NCBI RefSeq assembly: GCF_001949145.1
Contig: NW_019091361.1
Span: 1,432,374 to 1,496,373, forward strand
DNA: 64,000 nt
Direction of reading: 5' to 3'
DNA from: Acanthaster planci
Taxonomy: Eukaryota
The translations under genes and the position numbers were made by a program. The notes under the pieces were generated by a model. The model ran no database searches. It saw only the letters and a program-made list of their open reading frames with translations, and was not told the DNA's origin. The stretch's first letter is position 1. Every line of letters begins with the position of its first letter. Shown in pieces: positions 48,756 to 62,326 of this stretch.

Positions 48756-51700
48756 CATGTATATACAACATTTAAATTTTGTAAATTAGATGTCGTTACT
48801 CTCGGGTTACAGTTGATACAAATTCCCTGAGTTCTAGAGTTCCCTCTCCAACAAAATATTGGATGAATCACAAAGTTTTCAATCAGAGATAATTATGTCT
48901 TTTGCCTCTGGAACTGTGGAACTTAAGCAAGTATGAAAACGTATGCGGCCACGCGGTAAGCAAGCTTACCCAGCCCGCATCACAAGCCACAATGGAGGAC
49001 ACCTCACCCACTGCCCCACCCACTGGTGCACCCACTGCCTCGTGCTTCCCCTGGAGAAAGGTTTTTCAAACTATACGTCACAACTCAAGATTACGAATTT
49101 ACGACAGTCCTCTTTAAAACTTAGCACGGGAAAGGTCTTTGGAACTGGTTCAACCACTCAGAATTTCCTTGGAGACCTCTAGGTATGTGTCACAATTGGC
49201 AAACACATTTCGGGTAGTGACCGGTTGACATTCGTGTTAAGACCTGCTTATGAAACCGTGTCCTCTTTCAGGTTGATGACATACTTCTGTCCCATATACC
49301 TCGCCAAGCGTAATATCCCCAAGCTCCCGTAATTATTCGCCTGTCTGAGTCCTCCCTCCAGAACCGACGCATTAATTGCGACATTCGCGGCGCTTGTCTC
49401 CTTGGCTCCGCGGTCCCGACTTATCATTCCGCGGCGCCTGGTTATTGCTCCCTTCGATTTAGAGCGCTCCACTCTCCCCCATCAGCCGCAATCATGAATG
49501 TTGTCCTGTACTTAAGTCATTTAACTCTGTACCGAAGGGAATGGTACCCTTTTGACGGAAATGAAGGAGAAATGGAGGACTTGAGAAAGCAGTTTCGGTC
49601 ATCAAAGCGCTGGCGTAATTAGGCAGTATTTATCAGGGGAGTCATGCGCGAGTAAATGTCAAGATGTAAAGTGGGGGTAGTATAAGTCGAGAATGATCCT
49701 GGCCACATAATGACATCCGACCAGTCTGCGTGTCTGGATGGCACTGAATGGACATCGCAGGTGTCTAGTCCTTTGACGTCATCGCCAGTCTATCTTCGTA
49801 CCGTCGCGAATGTACAGAACATCACACTGTCAAAGAAAAAAAACCCCTTCTTAAGTGTAGTCTTCTCCCTCGTGTCGTCACGGTGTGCAGTGTTAAAAGG
49901 ATGTAATTGCAGTTTGGTGCCATCCACGTGGTGTAACTTGCATTGGTCAGTCGTTCCCCTTTGTCAACGGCTCAGCGAATTAGCGACAAATACGACTATG
50001 ACACTAGAGGTCAAGGGGTACAACCGTTCCTATTTGAGGTTGTGTTTATGTCATACTTGAAGGTTGACCGGTTACGCTGAATGGGAAAAATTGGCAATAA
50101 TCCATCCTGATCCCGTAGGTGTAGATTTTGCATTATTAGCTACTGCAGGAACACCCACTAGGACAAAGGAGGGGCCGTTCCCGGCCTAAAGAGGGGGTGG
50201 ATGGAAGGATTAGGAACACATGCCCTGGGCCCACCCAGGAGTCGCAGGTGCGCCCACACCTGTCGCTGCTGGTAGGTCACTTGGCTAACCTCTCGATAAC
50301 CTCGCCACAATGGTTGAGATATCGCACCTCGGTGTTCCCCTTCCTGCCTCCCTGCACACACACACAGCACATACACCATGTCATGACCGTGTGTTCATTT
50401 TTACAAGCGAGGAAGTCAAGACTTTGGAAATTCCTCATCGGTCGGACTGAGGCTCTGACCCGTGAACTCATTCCCAACATATCGGATCATGGAGGTAGCC
50501 CCTTTCAAAGCATTGTTTCATGGTTGATTTTTTTTTAAAGCCGGTACTTCTGTACGTAGCAGAGGCAGCGATACCTGTCGTTGATTTGAGAGTCGATAAC
50601 CCCATTGGCTATCGCCAAAAACCTGTTCAGAAAAATCGAGCTTGTATGACGAACTGATGTCGTTATCAGCACCTGTAAATGAGTACTCTTACTCTGGTCC
50701 TTTTAATACGAACATTCTGATTGCAATCAGTTGTGGATGGCAGATAGGACCGCGCAGATGGTTTAAAATGATCATGCACAAACAACTTTCAGAGATGTTT
50801 ACACAACATCCCATCCGTCCAAAAATACGGGGGCAGGGACACGTCAAATTCCCCTCTAATGGTTAGTGATAATTGCACTCACGCTAAGGGTGACAGCAGA
50901 GCAGTACACTACCGTCTGGTGTAAATTGGCCGACCAACAAGAATCTGTCACTTTTCCCGCCGATACGCCCACCCCCACCCACAGAAGTTTTGACAGTTTG
51001 GGGCTTGTGAAGTACCGTTGTTGTAAACCTCTAATTCTAGCCTAGAGTGGATTTCCTTTATTTCTAAAGGAAACTCGAACCATGTTCTTCCTCCATGCTC
51101 ACACTGGACAGTATTTCCTGTGGCGTGACGGCGGGGTCCAAAATTGTTCTTTTGTGGCTCTTTGCTCCATTCCCTGAAACTATTCAGAAAACTAGGATCT
51201 AGATAGTTTTGCACTTGATTGTCACAAGACCCCTCGGGAAATCACTCTCAAATCATAATCCAGCACGCTATGACACGTGTGCATGCACCAGGTAACCATT
51301 GCACAGCTGAGTATGTAATTTGACTTTTCTGACCATGAACTACTCCGGGGGCGGCCACTGCGAAAGGTCCCACATGTCTTCGCACCTCTGAGCTAATTCA
51401 ATTTTCTTTTTTCACGTTCTCGCAGCCCGTAGAGAGCAAAATTCCCAAGCATGTTCTCTCATCTCTGTTTTCAGGTTATCAGTCATCACGGTTAATCCAA
51501 CATGATCTTGCAAAGGTTTGGAGGGATTTCCCTTTGTTCCCCCGGGGGAGAACCTTGGGGGTCATTTCTTCTTTCTTTCTTTTCTCTGCCCCCATTTCCT
51601 CAGCTCACGGACCACCCAAACAAGCTACAGCCTTGCTTCTTGCCGCCCTCAGAAAAAAAAACCTCGTGAACTCAGCATTTGTAACTCTAACACACAAATT

Positions 51701-52737
51701 GAAAGATTGATGAATCAAATGTTCCGATTTCTGACCGAGGCGACACGGGCAAATTACATAAATCATCCGGGATTGGCCCAAATTATGTTTGGCGAAGGTA
51801 AACCACCCAGCCAATTATGCTGATACCCGACATTCGTGAATGTCATTTCGCTTGTCTGTGTAAACAAAGTCCCGACAATGGACATGATTTTTTTCTGGGT
51901 AGAACAGACTGACACATCATTGATTTTTGGGTTGTTTGATTCGAGAGATGCTATAGACCTCAAAGCGTCGTGTTTAACCAGCATTCGTAGGTGTACCGAG
52001 TACGCAGACACTTTGTAAATACCACCGCGTTTCACAGTTTGGACTACGAAGTATGTGTGGTTCTAGCTGTCTAGAAGACCACAAAAAAACATGGGTTGGA
52101 AAGGTTTGAGTTTGAACACTTGACCGCGATTGGACTGGATAGAACCCCTTTCCTTCAGTGCTTTGTTTGCATGATTGGGTACCGTTGATTGAAATAAAAA
52201 CCAAACACATGCTGTTGCCGGGCCAGTCTGTTGGGGGAACTGAGGCATGTGTGCACCATGTGTATGTTGATAAAAAAAGGCGAATCGACTTGTGGGAGAT
52301 TCTAGTTATAAAATGCATCCATAATACGCTAATCATGTTTAACTATAACAAATCATACTGAGTAATCCCTTTAAAGCATTGGAATTTTTAAGTATGCTAT
52401 TAAAATGCTTCTAAAACATTAATTGGGCATCACAATTTACGAGAGGTTTAGACTAGTCTCTGCGACGGTCTATGTCCATGCCCCCCAATACGCCCCTATT
52501 TGAAATCTTGAAATGGATAAGAACTTTACACAAGCCGCAATATATTTACTTTCGTTATTTCAGTCCAAGGAGAAAGTGTGTTAACAAACATGTTGTGAAC
52601 CTTCTCACAAATGCTGTCTACATAACGCAGGTAGTGGAGACGTGTCGACTTGCCAAGGTCCACACATTTCCCGCTCTCTGGAAAACAGCTTAAGGTGCAT
52701 CTATGGGTTAGTAGCAAAAGGAAAGGAAGAGTCAAAG

Positions 52738-52762
52738 AAACAAACAAACAAACAAACAAACA
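52738..52762. repeat. (AAAC)n microsatellite
   Basis: Visible run. Confidence 0.85.
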
Positions 52763-54293
52763 TCTAGCCCCAACCAGTGTTTATTGTTCAAGAAAATGAC
52801 TATTTTCGATAGTGGACTGTCCACACTATTATGCAACGAGACCACGACGAGTGCACCCCTAGTTGTCTCTTCCCCCCCCCGAAAATTTCAACCCAGTTAT
52901 GCCAATCACTGATCACCTGCGAACATTATGTTTTGACCGCACTTTGGCATGAGATAAACAAATACACGGCTTTGGAATGATTTATTTATTCCTGAAAGAG
53001 CATTATGGGTGACATAGTGATGCACTTAAAGGTTTTCGACATACTTTCGCTCTCAACACATCTACACTCCACTGCCGTGGCGTATTTTAAGGACAGCTTA
53101 TTAAGCGTGACAGGCCAAAAGGTTGGGGAGCGTTTGTTTTGAAATTATTGGTTTCCAGTCATCCGTATAGCTGCAGGCCGGACAAGCAGTGAGGTGTTAT
53201 TACTCAAGGTGTTAAAGGGGAAAAAGCTCATGAGCTATTATCTTCAAGATGCAAGCACTCTGACAATGTTCAAGATCCAAGTTTTTACTCAAGCTGATAA
53301 ATTGCCCAATAAGAAAACAATTTACTGGAAACTATGTCCAGGGAAACGTCAATTAATTAAGAGTCTCACGGGACCGTAATGGAATTTGTCAAGAGAAACG
53401 GCTGCGGTTTGTCTGTAGATTCATATAAAACGCCAACATTATTCTCTTGCGCATTGTCAGACGGGACAAATAAGTTCTCGGTTAGGTGAAACTTCGATTC
53501 AGATTTTTTGTGAGTGTGATCATGTTTCACCCATCTTGTCAGACCTCATGTCTTTTATCAGTCCAAATCTAAAAGACCATATTCGGTTTGGGAAATTGGA
53601 ATTCTTTTTGGTGTTCCCCATTATAAATTTTTGACATATGTTTTTCTTTTTACTAAGTTTTGTTTATATAGGCCGAGATGTAAATTCCAGACTCAAATTC
53701 CTTCCTTTTTGGGGTTAGGATTATTTTTACAAAATCAATATGATATAGAATATAAGATTACTATGAAAAATCAAACCCTTAAACTTCTTTTAAAAATGGA
53801 AATTTCAATTGTAATTCGGTAGACCCTATGCAATTATTTCAAATGTACATGTACAGTGCCCACTTTTCTACATCACGGCCCCCTTTTCTACGATATACTT
53901 TCTAATTATGTTTTTCCAATTTCCTTAATTTTGTATGATTCGTGCTTTTACCTTTTAATGTATGTTTGTTTTTTGTTTTTTCTAATCAATAAAACGTAGA
54001 AAGAAAGAAAGAAAACAGTTCCCAATTAGGCATTCAGCAAGTTCTTATTCGCCGTATAGGAGGTAGCTGTGCATGACAGTGTTGCTACTCACACGATGCC
54101 CCTTTCCGTAGTCATATTGGGGTTGGGGTAAATTTCTTTTGCATATAACCTTCATCTGGAATTGTGAGTGCAATTTTCTTTGTCTGACCATTTTTGGGGA
54201 CAGTTTTCAGTACTAGCTATACCCTAGAAGAGACACCTGAATACCTGCTAGGCCTAGCCTTGATAACATCCCCATATTCATCGCTTTACTCAG

Positions 54294-57200
54294 GTCTCAG
54301 TTGCTGGGCGCAACGTGACGAGGACAGCGAGACGTGCGGCCTGCTGATAGCGGAGAACATGACGGTGGAAGAATGTTGCGAGAACAATGGTGACAGCATC
54401 TCCTGGTCCAATCTGGACGACATCTCAGCAGAGGATCTCTTTAAGTATGAGACCCTGTACGGAGGAGTTCCGGACTGCCATCTTTGCGAAAGTAAGCTAC
54501 GTGTATGTCGTTTGGAACATGGCTTTTATACCGCCAATTTGTGTTCGAAACAAAGAACCAAACACCCCATCAAACAAACAAACAAACAAACAAACAAACA
54601 AAACCAACTCGGCCTATACAGTCCCTGGGCTATCGTTATTAAAATGGTTGGCTGATTTATAACACGGTACAGTCAGTAGGCATTGCAGACGGCAACATTG
54701 TTCTTCCATCTCTCCTGCGAGGTTCACGCATAAATGATTTCAAAAATGACTCTTCGCTGTTCGACTTACGGTGAGTTCATGTACTTGACGTAAGCGCGAG
54801 GGGACGTTAACGTCACCATCAGTCCTCAGCGACATTCGTCGAAATGAGACTCGTGAATTTTTGCAACAGTCTGCCACGGTCGCGTAATGTATGAATCGCT
54901 CCACTGAATCTCATGCAAGGGCTGATCCTCAGCAATATTTTCAGGGGCAAACAACTAGGAGATTTCCTTCAAGTGACATTACTTAGGGGCGAGCTAAACA
55001 GAGAGCTTTCTATACGCTTTTGAAAGGGAAGGAAACGAACACTGCCCCCCTGCCCCAAAGAAAATCGCCTTTCTGTCTTTATTTTTCAAAAAGGTTTTGC
55101 CCTGGGGCTTCTAAAACTAAAATGGATTTGGAAACTTTTTAGAGGGTAGGGTGAGATTTCATGTTGCCGGGGAAAATACTTTGGATAAGTGAGATCGGGC
55201 AATAATTATGTGTGCTCTTTCCATTTTAAAATGCTGATTTGAGGCGCGCGTGGGCGTCGTCAGCATGAGCATAAATCCCCGGGGGTGGGGATTTATATTC
55301 CCCTCTTTTTGACATGGGGGATGGACTATTGAGTCATCCCCCACGTTTTCCTGGTGAGGAAAAACCTACAGCATATTGTGAAGATTTTTTGGACTTCCCA
55401 GCAATATATTCAATATCATTCAAGGAAAAGGGCAATCAAAAAGTTTCAAATATGCCATTCTGATGTAAGATTCTGCATGAATGTAATACCATGGAGGAAG
55501 GACACAGAAGGAGTTTGAACTGCCTGGGCTACAACATCTGGCTAATTACCACTTTCTGGCATGCCCGGTATGTCCATAGCCAGAGCGCAGCGACTGCTTG
55601 CTACGCACCACCTGTTTCACACCCATAAGCCCCTTTTATACCCCATGATCATCGCCGCAATTTTTCGCTGGTAATCTGCATCCTTAAAACGTCGTGTACT
55701 GCAGTATAGGAAGTTGAATATACATGTACATGCAATTGTTGGGGCTTGGTATGATCTGACAACAACATCAAATTTAATGCTTGCTCATTTGTTAGCATTA
55801 GGCTGTGTGCCGTAAGTTTTCATGTGCAGTTATTGCCCTTATCGAACGCTTTCTTCTGGACTTGTTTTGGGAATAACTAGCCACGTTGTTTATAAGATTT
55901 TGTGTTTTATTTGAATAATTTTTATTGCTGAATTTACACAAAAAGGTATTTTATGAGATTTCATGATCGCTCCTTGTGATGAAACAGCGCATGTCGTTTT
56001 TCGTGAACTTAACAGTCATGTGGTGGTCAACATGTCGTTGGCCAGTCTTAGCCAAATTCGTACAAAGACTTTGAAAACTGATGTTTTGGAGTGACATAAT
56101 AAAATTACAAACATTGCATGGATAATGGAAAAGTGCATCAAGATCTTAAAAAAAATTATTCACAACGGCAAAAGTAAATCTAATGCTAGACATTAGACAT
56201 TCTTTCTATTTCCAGGTCACTGCGAATAGTTGCAAAGAAAACACCACAAATATCGCTAAGATATTACTGGCCCACTTGTCCGGCTAAGCTGCAGGCAGTA
56301 ATCAGGCATTTTGGAACGTTTACTATTGTTCGTCTGACCGGGCGGCGATGATCATCGAGCACTTTGATGTGTGAGAGTTGTAACTCCTTCTGTGTCCTTC
56401 CTCCGTGGTTTTACATAAATATTGTATCGTGGAAATTGCCCATCTATTGTGTCAAATGGTGTCAGCCCCCCCTTCAAATTTCCTATCATTTCTCATTGCC
56501 CACCCACCCCCCATTTCCGGCACAGATCTGTGTCACTGGTCATACAGGATATTTTCCGAGGGAGAAACTTTTCCCAGGAGGGGATAAAGCACTCGTCGAC
56601 GCAAATTAATATAGCACAAGTGGTGGCAACCGGGGGTAATTTTGAAGTATTTTCAATGGCATTGGTGATTTTCAATCCCTTTTCTCCCTCCAGTTTCGTT
56701 TATCTTGTTCGGTTGAGAGTGCCCCCTCTTCCCCCTCCCTGCGAGATGCTCATGGTGTGAGGATTACTTTGACACCCATTCCTTTCAAAAACAAAACTGA
56801 TTTTCTTCAGGAACTTGCGAGCAGACGACATGCCCGACCGGCCGGAAGTGCGTCGTGAAGAGCGGAAAGCCCCGTTGCGTCTGCAAGCCGAACTGCACGC
56901 ATAACAGCACGTCGCACCGAGGGCCTGTGTGCGCCAGCAACAACAAGCAGTACAGGAGCATGTGCGCCTTCCTCAAGATGAAATGCCGCCAACAGGATGG
57001 TTACGATGACCTCCACGTGTCATACCTCGGAGAGTGTCAAGGTAAACTATTCCATCACAGTGTCTGGAACTTACTGGAAGCCATACGATGACTCTTTGGT
57101 AGGTTTCATGCATTGCCTACGCTCTTCAGGGTATATGAAAGACAATCTTATTTTCTTTGAATCCTCCAACATAAAGTGTGGAAACACGTTCAGAAGTCTT

Positions 57201-60200
57201 CTGGTCAATGGTGCATCAAGTGGGAAAGTTTCCCCGAGACATGTTGATATTTTGATATCTTCAGGAATTGAAAGTGCTGGCATATTAAAATCGGTAGTAC
57301 CGGCTTTCTTTTAGGGGATACTTTCACAGAATGGATAGTCTTTTTCAAGGCCTAGATACACCGCTGCATAAACCCTAGCCTGTTTTAATAAAGTAACAGA
57401 AATTATCAGCTTTTACGTTTCATCTTACCCGATCAGACTCTTGCGACGACGTGGAGTGTCTCAACGACAAATGTTGCGTGGAGGACCAGCATGGCCGGCC
57501 GCATTGCGTGTCCTACAGCGCCATCACGTGTCCGGGCCCGTTCAGGGAAGACTTTGTGTGCGGCGCCGATAATGTGACTTACGAGACGCTGTGCCAACTC
57601 CGCCGGACGTCTTGCTCGAGGGGCAATATCATCTCTGTTGCGTACGAAGGCAAATGCGAAAGTAAGCCTATCATGTTAGCCAAGGACAGTTTGTGCGAGA
57701 CTTTTCCCCATGTTTTCGCAGTTACAATATTGGGCCCACAAACAGATCAACCGAATCCGAAGTTTGAACAGTGATGCACCTCCCACTTGTTTGACAAAAC
57801 CTTACCCTGATACGTACAGTTGACAAGTGCCTTGAACCAGTGTTGTAGTAAAGACCAGCCAGTCCGAGACCAAGACCAACCGACAGACCGAGACCAAGAC
57901 CAAGACCGGCCGTCCGAGACCAAGACCACATTTGTAAATAAATGGATAGAACTCATCTCTGTACATTGAAACTGTGAAGATGGGCTGTAAACCACAGAAC
58001 AATATGTATGCGTTAGTTTGACAGAATTGTCCTGGAATTTAGCAGTTTTTCGTTGTTCCTTTCTAGTTTGAATTCTTCAGTGATGTGTTTACTTTTTGAC
58101 CTGCTCCGAATGTCGCGACAGGCATATTGCATGCAATCAATGCAACCCAAAGAGACAATAAAATTAAAATAAAATTTCCTTTCCAACTGTTTTATTTCTC
58201 ATTCATAAACACTGAGGAATTTCGCTTTTCACATGCATGTAACTCATCTGTTTTAAATGTTATGACAAGGTTCACAAGGAGACAGGCCTAGGATTTACAT
58301 GTAGGTTTGGGCAAGCAGGTGAATTTGAAAAACAAAAATATCTTGAAGTAGGAAAAACATTTCCATGCAACAAGTATAAAAATAATGGGGCCTAAATAAA
58401 AATTAAGAACGAAACATAACGGCATTTCATGATTTTATGCATTTCAGCTCAATTCGTTTTAAAATGATAAAATTAAATCAATTAATTTATTTTCATTTCA
58501 AACTAGGAACTGTTATGCAAAAATGGCATCACATTTCATTAAAAATCAAACTTGAAACAGTTTTTGATTGTGTGAACATTAAAACGTTTAAATTTAGATT
58601 CTTCAAAAATTTAAACAAACATGAGGACTGAAAGATCATTCCGAGAAGTGGCGTGGAACATGTACATACATGGCAGTGGTGGCAGCGTACGTAGGCAGAC
58701 GTTGTGTTCCTGCCTTATCGCTGATGCTAGGTTTTTCGTGCAGAAACACACACAGCGACATCTTTTTTGCTTCCCGTTTTGATACCAACGTATTCCTTGT
58801 GGTAGTTGAATGTATACTATATGATTGCCGCATTGCCAGGCATGACAGCTGGAAAAGACTCTCTGGTAATCATGAAATAACGAACTTACGCACCACCAAG
58901 GCAAAGGCACGCGGCGACACACGTTGTGCCAAAAACGCTATTACGGAATGGTGTCTTGTTAGTCAAATTTGAGATCAACAAAATTGCATTAATAAGCGTC
59001 TAGCTACCAGACCACTCAATGTGACTAGGGGTTCACAGGTACCCCGACGACAACAAATCACATATCTTTCTAAGGCCGGTAACCAGTGACAATTATTTGG
59101 GAGGCTGTCACGCGCTATCTTGTTCCTGGAGCAAGTTTTAACTTTGCGCCCAAGTTTTTACCTTGGGTGCACATGTAATTCGCACAAAGGGTGAAGTTTG
59201 CGAATGACACTCTACTGCCAGCTGTAGCCACAACGAACGCTCATACGTACAGTCCTCAACGGCCGTACCTACGTCTTGCGGGGTCTCGATTCAAGTTTTT
59301 CGTAGGCCTACAAACAATCGAAATTCGTCAATATAAAAGGTATAAAAGGGTGCATAGTGTATTTTTCAAATTGTTCGTGTACTGGTCTGAAGCCGAAAAT
59401 TCCGAGAACAGGAGTTGCGAGATCAAGACCAAGACTGATTCGAGACCAAGACCAGCATGTTCGAGACCCTGGTCTCGAGACCAATACCAGTCTCGACGAC
59501 TACAACACTGCAAGGCTTGACCTAGGGATATCTATTAAGATAATGCCATGGAGATTCGGGATACCCATGCCGTTGACAAGGCCAGGACACAGTGTTATTC
59601 TCAAGCACAATTAATTGATTTGATGACACGGTTGCCATGTCGGGTTCCAACAAGGCTTGGTTCCTTGAGATCATCAGTGCCATGCTTGTCTTAGACGGAT
59701 CGGTATAGGGAGAACAATGCTCTTTTCTAGAGGGCCAGTTAATTCCTTTGGCCATAGTTTCAAACACTGAAAAAACAGGAATTTCTCATCTGCAGATTCT
59801 CAGTTTGGACAAGTAAGATGGGGGCATATAGAAGTCCATGGGTAGGGATGTCCAACTTCCCATTAGACCAGGGGGTTGCTCAACGGTTTGTTTTTACATG
59901 AAAACAGGCAATGCCAGAAAATAAAAATCTTCTGTTCGGCAAGTCACTTTTATTTTTTTTTTTTAAATAATTAGGGTTTCTGAAGAAATATGAGTTCACA
60001 AAACTCAAGTAGAGACGAAAGGCACACCGTTAATTGACTCGAAGGCTTTTAGTTATAAATTTGTCAAGGGTGGCAATTTATTACCTTTGCAAAGATTTCC
60101 CCTCAAGAGCAGATTAAAACAAAGTATAAAATTCAAGACGTCACCACCCAGTTTCAGGGCAACCACTTATTCAGTCATTATCTGGCTTGAGCGGAAACAC

Positions 60201-62326
60201 CCCCCATCGGTAGAACAGAGCCAGGTTGGTCGGGAGTGTTCATATTGCTGGTGGCGAAACGATATAGTAACGCGTGCATTTCATAGTCGTTCGTGAACAA
60301 GAGAAGTGCATTTCCGACCAAAGGAGCCTTCGTTGCTGGGGAAAACCCAGCTCGGGGTTCATTAAATACTAGAACTGATTCTTTTTATGCCACCCTTTCT
60401 CTCAGACCTGACTTCCTGCAATGACACGATATGTGTGGACCGCAAGCAATGCTTCTGGGACCAGGCGGCCAACACCTCCCGCTGTATCCTTTGCAATTAC
60501 ACTTGCAGCGGCTGGGCGGACGAGGTACCGCTATGCGCCTCTGACAACCAGACCTACCAGAGCTGGTGTGCAATGCAGGAACACATATGCCAGACCGGGG
60601 AGTACGTGGAAATCGTGAGCTGGGGAACATGTGACCCAGGCAAGTTAATTTCCTCTTCCTAGAAAGATTTTGGCTTCCAAGAGTTGTTGTGGTTGTTCTT
60701 GACGATTTCACTCTCATTAATGGGAGCAGGTTTTGCTGACTGAATGAAAACGAATTAATTCGTTACGGTTGGTTTTGGGTTATGGGCATGTTATATAGTT
60801 GCTTGCAAAGTTTCTCTTCCGAAGTTGTAATGGGTTGGTCCAGTGTGTATCCATCAATCAGGTGGCTCGTAGTAAAACGCGACTTATTCATAGTCTAGGT
60901 CAAGGTTTCGCCAAAGGCTGCTGGGGGATGCACAAGCTTGTAGGTTGGAGACAGTGTTCATTATCTCTATTTCCAATGCGCACAGCCAATAGACCATTGT
61001 CATCAATCATCTCCATGTTACCCCTTTAACCTCCACATGAAGCCTAGAGCGACTGTCTCAAGTCGATGTTGCCATAAGAGATTGGCTGTGCTCAACAGCA
61101 ACCTTGAGATCTGATCCTCCCTCGTTTACAGCTAAGGAGAAGTAGACTGTGCACTGTACCCGTAGGCAGTATCATTTTCATTTTCCGTTCGACTTCTCTG
61201 GATAGTATGAAGAGCGCCCTCTGATGTAAAAGCCGAAAACAAAAATCATTGAGCTTTCTATCTCCATCACACGTATCTGGTCACGCATGTATGTACGTGA
61301 ACGGCGAATGTAGCAGTGGCGCTGTATGTTTCGAGCGTCAACGCACAGGATGTCTTGATTTCCGAAAATATCTTGATCCAGTACAACAACTTAAGCGTTC
61401 TTCGACAGTTTTATTTTTAAACATCAAGTTTTTTTTTAGGAAGGGAGTGTATTACTCCCTCTTAAATGGAAAAAAAAAACACCTCATAAAAAAATTTCAC
61501 TGTTAAGTCCCTCTCTTTTAGCCGGGGGGGGGGGGTTCGGGCGCATGGAGTGTGTATGGTTGTCTTGACATAATCCCCAAACCTGTAGTTTTCACAGAAG
61601 GAGGGCGCTTTTATAACAGCTTTAATACCCAGTAGCCCACTAAGCACTGTGACGGTTATGGGGAAGTTTGAGATGAGCCTGAAAGTTTGACTACTTGTGG
61701 TCCAACAGTCAAGCACAAAAGCTCCAACGCGAACAGCCCTCATACGGCAGCCATTTTGTTCCACTCATAATTGGTGACTTTCTCGGGGTTCATACCATGC
61801 TGATGCCGTCTCATTTACATAATGAAAACAGTTATTGATAACAAATAATGCAACCGTGCCCGAGGGCCGGTTCAAAATGGTCAATTAGATGTGCCATATG
61901 GTCCAAAATATCACCTTCATTGAACGGACGTTTGATCATAACTTCTCATGAATTGGCTCGTTTTTCATGTAGCGTTCACCTAATTATCTCGGGGCGGGGC
62001 TTCAGTTTCTACATGGAACATCTAACGATTTACACTTGTTCCTTTTCATGACAGACGGACGCAACTACGGTTTAAGCGAGCCTGGTTCCGGAGAGTACCG
62101 AGGCTACGACCAGATATACTTCACCCCCAGCAGCAAACAGGTGTTGTCGGAGCTGCGCTCCAGCATGTACAGGAATCAAGAGCGAGACGACGACAACGCC
62201 ACCACAACACAGCCGCTCATGACCACCACACTACAGCCCGACACCATCCCGCAGTACAACGACGACAGCGGGAATGACGGTTCCTCCCAGCCAGTGACGG
62301 AGGCTGCAGAGGACAGCCAAAAGTAG
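54294..62326 (+). CDS. FST: Follistatin (N-domain, three FS/Kazal domains, acidic tail); signal-peptide exon not located
   Basis: One domain per exon, all phase-1 introns as in vertebrate FST. 54294-54491: N-domain (SCWAQ...TVEECC...GGVPDCHLCE). 56811-57041: FS1 (KPRCVCKPNC...GPVCASN). 57437-57661: FS2 (VCGADNVTY...VAYEGKC). 60406-60639: FS3 (PLCASDNQTYQSWCAM). 62055-62326: tail. The last intron is GC-AG. Confidence 0.93.
54571..54603. repeat. (AAAC)n microsatellite
   Basis: Visible run in a follistatin intron. Confidence 0.85.
57838..59510. mobile_element. Non-autonomous DNA transposon (hAT-like CAGTG termini) with subterminal GAGACCAAGACC repeats
   Basis: Perfect 12-bp TIRs: cagtgttgtagt (57838-57849) and actacaacactg (59499-59510). 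Arrays of gagaccaagacc lie at 57866-57928 and 59418-59495. No clear 8-bp TSD and no transposase ORF. Confidence 0.65.

Noticed and set aside
57866..57928. Short spaced repeats resembling a CRISPR array
   Set aside because: The units are 6-12 bp with no unique ~30-bp spacers, the context is eukaryotic, and they are explained as transposon subterminal repeats.
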